Source: a virus. From it: DNA of 64,000 nt. The position numbers were made by a program, and so were the translations under genes. Below the pieces are notes generated by a model. The model worked only from the letters and a program-made list of their open reading frames with translations, did no database searches and was not told the DNA's origin. The DNA lies in IMG/VR virus record IMGVR_UViG_3300017780_006957, positions 46,277 to 110,276 of that record; one strand, written 5' to 3'. How positions within the stretch are numbered: the stretch's first letter is position 1; the number at the start of each line of letters is the position of its first letter. Positions 58,255 through 64,000 of the stretch are shown in pieces.

Positions 58255-58430
58255 GTAACGTATGTGCTTAAGCCGACGTTTAATAAATAAAATTAAACGA
58301 TATCTTATTTGTTTAATAAACGATTTATAATCAAATAAGATAAACGTTTACGAATAAAGAAAACGAAATCGTATACGAATTAATATTATTTATAAATCGT
58401 ATACAAATAGTATATAAATAATAAAGATAT
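58255..58430. repeat. AT-rich region with short AAACG/TCGTATAC repeats (candidate origin)
   Basis: aaacgata, aaacgatt, aaacgttt, aaacgaaa; AAATCGTATAC twice. Confidence 0.45.
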
Positions 58431-58486
58431 CTATTTTATGTGTTGACTTATTAAAAATATAGTATAAACTAATAGTTAGGATCAAA

Positions 58487-59083
58487 ATGACAACTAACAA
58501 ACATATTATAGCTATAGCTGGTAACGCTAGATGTGGCAAAGATACTTTAGGTAAAAATATTTCAGATTTATTGAATGAATACGGAATAAATTCATCTACT
58601 TATTCGTTTGCTGATGAATTAAAAAAAGAAACAGATAAGTTTCTGCTTGAAACTCTTGGTATATCAGCTTATACAAATAATGATGAAGAAAAATTAATAA
58701 TTAGGCCATTTTTGGTTTTCTGGGGAACTGAGATTAGGAGAAAAATTAATCCGTCTATATGGGTAGATAAAGTCTTTGAAAGAATTAAACCTAACGAAGT
58801 TGCAATCATTACTGATTTAAGATTTGAAAATGAATTTAATTTTGTTAGATCAAATAATGGATCTTTAATATATCTATCTAGAATAGATGTGAACGGAAAC
58901 CAAATACAACCAGCCAATGATTATGAAAAATTAAATAACGAATTTTTATCACAAAACGCTGATTCTAATTTCACATGGCTATCATCTGATGATTCATCAT
59001 TGCTTAAATCATTGTCTAATGAAGCTTTAGAAACTATCCTAACTGAAGAAAGGTTCGAAGAATGGAAAGCGATATCTCTTTAA
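58487..59083 (+). CDS. deoxynucleoside monophosphate kinase
   Basis: G.ARCGKDT, SFADELK, GTE..R, WV, ITDLRFENE. Confidence 0.88.
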   Translation: MTTNKHIIAIAGNARCGKDTLGKNISDLLNEYGINSSTYSFADELKKETDKFLLETLGISAYTNNDEEKLIIRPFLVFWGTEIRRKINPSIWVDKVFERIKPNEVAIITDLRFENEFNFVRSNNGSLIYLSRIDVNGNQIQPANDYEKLNNEFLSQNADSNFTWLSSDDSSLLKSLSNEALETILTEERFEEWKAISL

Positions 59084-59634
59084 TAACAAAAATTCAGTCA
59101 AAAAATGATGAGCATAGTTTATTGGAATTAATCAATAGACATTCTGGAATCTATACATCTATGGTTGATAGATTTGCTTCTGGAAAAACTATTTTAGATA
59201 AGGATTTAATCATGGATGATAAAGATTTCACCATTTATGCATCTGCTTTAAAGTTTGACTCTAGCAGGGAAACTAAATTTTCAACTCATTTAGCTAATGA
59301 AGTTAAATGGAAGTGTTTAAACGCTATTAATAAAATTAAAAAGCGCAAAGAATTCAGCATAGAGGATGAATCCAATTATATAGAACCATCGTGCGATGAT
59401 TTTATATCTTCCATAAATGAAAAAGAAACATTAAGGAATTTTCAAAATCTATTAGATAAAGAAAATGATAAAAGAGTGAAAAAAATTATTGACATGAGGT
59501 ATAATAGCGTTAATAATAAACTAACTTCATGGAAAATTATAGCTTCTGATTTACAAATGAGTATTCAGGGATGTATAAATATTCATAACAAATTTATAAA
59601 CAAACACAAAAAAGAATTATGTATAACACAATAG
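59062..59634 (+). CDS. RNA polymerase sigma factor (sigma70 family)
   Basis: KFDSSRETKFSTHL region 2; IIDMRY...SW..IA..L..S region 4. Confidence 0.8.
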   Translation: MESDISLITKIQSKNDEHSLLELINRHSGIYTSMVDRFASGKTILDKDLIMDDKDFTIYASALKFDSSRETKFSTHLANEVKWKCLNAINKIKKRKEFSIEDESNYIEPSCDDFISSINEKETLRNFQNLLDKENDKRVKKIIDMRYNSVNNKLTSWKIIASDLQMSIQGCINIHNKFINKHKKELCITQ

Positions 59635-60014
59635 TAACAGTATGTCATCTGGTTTCAGATCCAGAACTTAAGGAAATTAGCGGAGGAAAGAAGGTTTGCA
59701 AGATGCGCGTTTGCGTATCAAGCTCAAACGCAAAGACCAAAAATTTTATTGACGCAGAAGCATGGGACAGGCAAGCTGAGATTTGCTCTCAATATCTAAA
59801 GAAGGGTCGAGAAGTACTTATTCAAGGTGAGCTTTGCATGGATTCTTGGGAGAAGGATGGAAAGAAGGCTAGCAAGCATTTCATCAGAGTTGGGTCAATC
59901 CAATTCTTGGGAGGCAATGGCGATGGCAAAAAGGATGCAAACTCTAATGTCACAACTGCCACAACACAACAAACAGCCTCTTTATCTCCTTTTGAAGACG
60001 AAATTCCGTTTTAA
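59619..60014 (+). CDS. ssb: single-stranded DNA-binding protein
   Basis: DPELK, AW..QAE....YLKKG..V...G.L, DEIPF tail. Confidence 0.93.
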   Translation: MYNTIVTVCHLVSDPELKEISGGKKVCKMRVCVSSSNAKTKNFIDAEAWDRQAEICSQYLKKGREVLIQGELCMDSWEKDGKKASKHFIRVGSIQFLGGNGDGKKDANSNVTTATTQQTASLSPFEDEIPF

Positions 60015-60016
60015 TT

Positions 60017-61096
60017 ATGAAGTTACTTGTAGAAGCCCCTATTAATTCGCTTTCACTTGGAAATGTTTCAATAAACTTTCTCAAAGAATTAAAAAATAAA
60101 AACGTTGAAGTTGGACTCTTTCCAGTAGGAAATATTGATGTTCAAGCTTATGATTTAAGCTCTGATTTTACATCATGGCTCCAAGAAGCAACAAATAATA
60201 AATTTAAATTTCTTAACAAGGATACTCCGCAGCTTAAGCTTTGGCATCTAAACGGGAGCGAGAATAGAAAAAATGCAAAACAATATTTATACACATTTTA
60301 CGAATGCAATGAGCCAACTAGCACAGAAGTATCTATTGCTAAAGCTCAAGACAACGTGTTTTTTAGTTCGACATATTCTGCAAATAAATTTATAGAAAAT
60401 GGATGCGAAAATGCATCTTTTATTCCGCTTGGATTTGATAGCACATTTTTTGAAACAAAAAAGAAATATCTAAATGATGTTATCCATTTTGGAATAATGG
60501 GCAAATTTGAAAAGAGAAAGAACACTGGAAAAATCATCCAAAACTGGGCCAAAAAGTATGGTAATAACAATAAGTATCAATTAACTTGTTGTGTTACAAA
60601 CCCATTCTTTAAGCCAGAAGATATGCAAAATATTATTCAAACAGTTCTTGAAGGAAAGAGATATACAAATATTAATTTCCTTCCATATCTTCAAAAGAAT
60701 TCAGAAATCAATGAATTGCTTAATGCTATTGATATTGACCTCACAGGATTAAGTTTTGCAGAGGGATGGAATCTTCCTAGTTTTAATGCTACTTGTTTGG
60801 GCAAATGGTCTATTGTCCACAATGCAACAGCACACACGGATTGGGCAAATGCTGAAAACAGTATTATGGTTGAATCTAGTTCTGAAATAGAGTGCTATGA
60901 TCAAGTGTTCTTCCAAAAAGGTTCTGAATTTAACCAAGGAACTTGGCCAATTTATTCTGATGAGGCAATGTTTGCTGCGATGGAGAAAGCGGAGAAAAAT
61001 TTTGGAAAGATCAATACAGAAGGATTGAAACTTGCTGATAGTATGACTTATTCCAAAACAGTCGATTCTATCTTAGCGAACATTTTCAAATATTAA
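60017..61096 (+). CDS. GT4-like glycosyltransferase
   Basis: GKFEKRKN, EGWNLP. Confidence 0.85.
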   Translation: MKLLVEAPINSLSLGNVSINFLKELKNKNVEVGLFPVGNIDVQAYDLSSDFTSWLQEATNNKFKFLNKDTPQLKLWHLNGSENRKNAKQYLYTFYECNEPTSTEVSIAKAQDNVFFSSTYSANKFIENGCENASFIPLGFDSTFFETKKKYLNDVIHFGIMGKFEKRKNTGKIIQNWAKKYGNNNKYQLTCCVTNPFFKPEDMQNIIQTVLEGKRYTNINFLPYLQKNSEINELLNAIDIDLTGLSFAEGWNLPSFNATCLGKWSIVHNATAHTDWANAENSIMVESSSEIECYDQVFFQKGSEFNQGTWPIYSDEAMFAAMEKAEKNFGKINTEGLKLADSMTYSKTVDSILANIFKY

Positions 61097-61099
61097 AAT

Positions 61100-61495
61100 A
61101 TGCCTATCTACACCTACTTCAGAGAATCTACAGAAGAGTTTATTGATGTATTTCAAGGAATGAATGATGTTCACGAATATAACGGAGTAGATGGCAATGA
61201 GGACGACTGGAAGAGGGTCTATTACTCTCCTCAGATGGCAATGGACACACAAATAGATCCTTTTAGCTCAAAACAATTCAATGACCGCACAAGAGACAAG
61301 AAAGGCACAGTTGGGCATATGCTTGATTATAGTGCAGAAATGAGTGATAAAAGAGCATCTCAAGCGGGTGGAGTTGATCCAGTAAAACAAAAGTATTTTG
61401 ATAATTATGCTAAAGAACGCAGGGGATCAAGGCATCAACTTGAAAAACAAACTTTTGAAGGTAAGAATTTTAAAGTAGATTATAAATCTGATTAA
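61100..61495 (+). CDS. FmdB-like protein lacking Zn cysteines
   Basis: MPIYTY....E.F.....M.D......KRVY. Confidence 0.55.
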   Translation: MPIYTYFRESTEEFIDVFQGMNDVHEYNGVDGNEDDWKRVYYSPQMAMDTQIDPFSSKQFNDRTRDKKGTVGHMLDYSAEMSDKRASQAGGVDPVKQKYFDNYAKERRGSRHQLEKQTFEGKNFKVDYKSD

Positions 61496-62187
61496 TTTAT
61501 CTTAACAAAAGATAACTGGGTAGTAGATCCAGAATTAGCCAGTCCAGTTCCAGATGCCAAGACAGAACTTGAAGCTACACTTGATAGTGCCTGTAATTGA
61601 ATATTAGTATTGCTTGTTAAATTTATTATTGTTGACATATTAATACTAGAAAAATCAGAGACACCACTAACATGGAAAGCCATTGTTTCTGCATAAACAG
61701 AGCCAGCAGTGTTTTTTATTCTAAATGCCACTGTGCTTGGCGCTAATCCAGTATGCAAAGCCATCGCACTAGCAAGCCACACCCCACTTGTTAGATCTCC
61801 AGATATTATATTATAATATGTTTGAGCTAAAGCCAATCCAGTATTTGAAGATAATTTTATACCTGTATTTTTTAATGTGAAAGAATCCCCACTAAATGAT
61901 ACTCCACTAATTGGGCTTGTGAAAATTTTATTTCCATTTATCGTTTGATCTCCAGTTGTATAAACTCCATTAGTTACCGACGTAACAGTTGCGGCATTTC
62001 CATTAATACTGCCATTAATTAAAGAGTTAAAAGTTTTTGTCCCAGCAATAGTTTGATCGCCAGTAATAGAAACAACTCCTCCAGCATTCCAATTAACTGT
62101 CGAATTATTACCTAATGTAATAGCACTACCACTTTGGTTTAAAACATACTTATAAGTATCAGCAACATTAGTTAATCCTAAATCCAT
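61492..62187 (-). CDS. tail fiber-like protein
   Basis: TGDQTI.G.K.F repeats; GTGTAT upstream. Confidence 0.7.
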   Translation of the reverse strand: MDLGLTNVADTYKYVLNQSGSAITLGNNSTVNWNAGGVVSITGDQTIAGTKTFNSLINGSINGNAATVTSVTNGVYTTGDQTINGNKIFTSPISGVSFSGDSFTLKNTGIKLSSNTGLALAQTYYNIISGDLTSGVWLASAMALHTGLAPSTVAFRIKNTAGSVYAETMAFHVSGVSDFSSINMSTIINLTSNTNIQLQALSSVASSSVLASGTGLANSGSTTQLSFVKIN

Positions 62188-62256
62188 ATATTTATATACA
62201 CTTTGAACTATTGATTGTGATTTATTCTAAACTTTTAAAGTAGATACTAGGAAACA

Positions 62257-62568
62257 TTAGTTCGATACTTCTTGAAGTGGTTTTATAGCTTCGGGATCTA
62301 AATCTATTCGCGCATCCAGTCCCCCCAAAAGTTCAATAAGCATTAGAAACTCTGGAAAATCTCGCGGTGTTTGAATTGGATTACCACAAAGAGGAGTATC
62401 AAAAATGTGATCATCAGCTGGAATAAAGTAATTGCCAACGTATTCGCCACTATTGATAGGTGGAGAGCCAGCAAGCCAGAAAACTGGAAATCCTCGATCT
62501 GTTTGGGCTTTTGCGATAGCGGAATTGATAAAGTCTGCCTGTTCTTTTGTTGTTATATATCCGATCAT
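62257..62568 (-). CDS. acidic hypothetical protein
   Basis: ORF MIGYITTKEQADFIN... coupled to upstream stop. Confidence 0.65.
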   Translation of the reverse strand: MIGYITTKEQADFINSAIAKAQTDRGFPVFWLAGSPPINSGEYVGNYFIPADDHIFDTPLCGNPIQTPRDFPEFLMLIELLGGLDARIDLDPEAIKPLQEVSN

Positions 62569-63521
62569 GGCAATGTTAGTGATGTTGTAGTTTCCCAAAG
62601 AGTCTCAAGTGCTGCCGTAAAGAGTAAGTCATCAGCAGCCGACATGTAAGCTCCTAGAACTAACGCACCACATTGCCCATCCCAATAGGACGAAGAGACA
62701 GTACCAAGTAGTGTGATGGAAGAAGATCCGAAACTTTGAGTAATCGTCCCACCTTGAACAGCAACACTTGTAGTACCAGAAGCCTTTCTTACTTTACCGT
62801 ATCTTGATGCCAATGTGGTTTGACCACCATAAGATATAACGCCAAATACATCAGATGGAGCAAAAGAATTATCATCAACACAAGATGAACCCCCAATAAC
62901 AACTCTTAGTGATTCCTCTCCATAGCCGATAAAGAGATCAGAATTCAAAATAGATTTAAAGTTGTCTGATGGGGCAGTCTTAAATAGACCAGCAAAATAG
63001 TGAGAATTATCTGAAAGCCCCAATCCTGCAAGGGTTGTTCCAAGACTAATGTATTTGTTAATACCGCCTTGAATGTAACCAGATGCATGAGTAAATGCAC
63101 CGTTAAATGTGCAACTCGTCAGCGACTTCATGCAGATCGCATTTGCGGCAGCAAGACCCCATACGGGGAAATATAGACGCTTGATGCCATTCCATCGAGA
63201 AGCAGCTTTTTCTGCTTTGACAAAAGTATCGATTGCACTTTTTTGCCCACTTGTTACGGTGGCCCCCGTATTTATTACGGATGCAATATAAGCCGCTGCA
63301 TCTTGATCAGGAATAGTTAAGCCATTGAATAATAGCATATTTGATACAAAATCCCTACGGGTCAAAGAAGATCCATTTAATCCTTGAATTCCCACGTCTA
63401 TTGAAGAATCAGATATGATATTCAAATTATTCAAGTATAGTCCCGAAACTTCATCTTTTAGATAAAATCTTTGGCCGCTTGATATGCCTGTATTAGAATA
63501 GTGGAAGACTTGGTTTGCCAT
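62565..63521 (-). CDS. lectin-like virion protein related to the 11.4-15.6 kb array
   Basis: DQDAAAYI..V......AIDTFVK..K....W; C-term TTTSLTLP. Confidence 0.65.
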   Translation of the reverse strand: MANQVFHYSNTGISSGQRFYLKDEVSGLYLNNLNIISDSSIDVGIQGLNGSSLTRRDFVSNMLLFNGLTIPDQDAAAYIASVINTGATVTSGQKSAIDTFVKAEKAASRWNGIKRLYFPVWGLAAANAICMKSLTSCTFNGAFTHASGYIQGGINKYISLGTTLAGLGLSDNSHYFAGLFKTAPSDNFKSILNSDLFIGYGEESLRVVIGGSSCVDDNSFAPSDVFGVISYGGQTTLASRYGKVRKASGTTSVAVQGGTITQSFGSSSITLLGTVSSSYWDGQCGALVLGAYMSAADDLLFTAALETLWETTTSLTLP

Positions 63522-63524
63522 TTT

Positions 63525-63788
63525 TTAGTATCTTACTTGCTTGTGATTTCCACTAGCGTCTCTGTAATTAAGAATGCCGCTGAGAGTGTCTATATCATAA
63601 ACATCAAAGCTGATAATAGAATCAAAATCACTAAGCGAGGAAGTGATTAGATCGTATTTAGTATCTAGAGAAAGTTTTTCTTGTTCGGAAACTTCTGTTT
63701 CAGTTTTCTGAGGCTTGTTTTCAGAGTCTTTGGTTATTTGAACTTTTTTAAACTCAGATGTTTTTGATTTTTTTATATAGTAATTCAT
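63525..63788 (-). CDS. hypothetical protein
   Basis: Start at MNYYIKK (63788). Confidence 0.6.
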   Translation of the reverse strand: MNYYIKKSKTSEFKKVQITKDSENKPQKTETEVSEQEKLSLDTKYDLITSSLSDFDSIISFDVYDIDTLSGILNYRDASGNHKQVRY

Positions 63789-63795
63789 ATTTTTT

Positions 63796-64000
63796 TTATA
63801 AGTTAAATGAGCCTCCTGCTCCAGTACAATTTTTAAAGTTTCCACTTGCAGTTCCGCCACTTCCACCAAATGAGCCTTCCCCTCCAGCACAATCTGTAAA
63901 AGTTCCACTTGCAGTTCCAAGTAAACCGCCAAACGAATAATTACCTCCAATACAATTTATAAAAGTTCCACTTGCAGTTCCACCTTCGCCACCAAATGAA
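63796..64000 (-). CDS. C-terminus of 21-aa Gly-rich repeat protein (partial)
   Basis: SFGGxxGTASGTFxNCxGGxx three times; 63-bp repeat. Confidence 0.75.
   Translation of the reverse strand, partial: SFGGEGGTASGTFINCIGGNYSFGGLLGTASGTFTDCAGGEGSFGGSGGTASGNFKNCTGAGGSFNL

Noticed and set aside
449-63940. Many short nested or antisense ORFs in the track
   Set aside because: Shadows of well-supported genes; only the spanin-like overlap was kept
63789-63950. N-terminal extension of ORF 63525-63950
   Set aside because: Out-of-frame read of the upstream repeat gene; true start is 63788
1-64000. CRISPR array, DGR/retron, integrase, inteins
   Set aside because: No repeat-spacer array, reverse transcriptase or integrase; DnaB, DnaE, RecA and NrdA have no intein-sized inserts
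1-64000. Stop-codon reassignment
   Set aside because: Conserved genes are intact in code 11, genes end in TAA, TGA and TAG, and no suppressor tRNA is present in the window

Overview
64 kb of a large, AT-rich, lytic-looking tailed-phage genome with a lambda-type gpL/K/I/J tail tip, read in the standard code. It encodes its own replisome (split DnaE plus DnaQ-like exonuclease, DnaB, primase, RecA, SSB), NrdAB, ThyX, dNMP kinase, a ClpC-like ATPase, a sigma factor, TilS, a Mom-like DNA modifier, lysis genes, a glycosylation island and homing endonucleases. The most unusual part is 1.2-7.2 kb. An rrn-like operon (sigma70 promoter, leader hairpin, boxA) runs through about nine tandem self-closing structured RNA modules I cannot assign to a known family (two are tRNA mimics) and ends in two tRNAs and a terminator. 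Nearby are a 72-nt tmRNA-like RNA reduced to its tRNA-like domain, tRNAs with the 'wrong' variable-arm class (CAU and Thr long, Leu short) close to a phage TilS, and a tRNA-Gly remnant split by an endonuclease gene. A GTGTAW motif 8-11 nt before many start codons looks like a phage-specific promoter, and several sigma70 promoters appear to make leaderless mRNAs. All calls are by eye from motifs; no database search was run.
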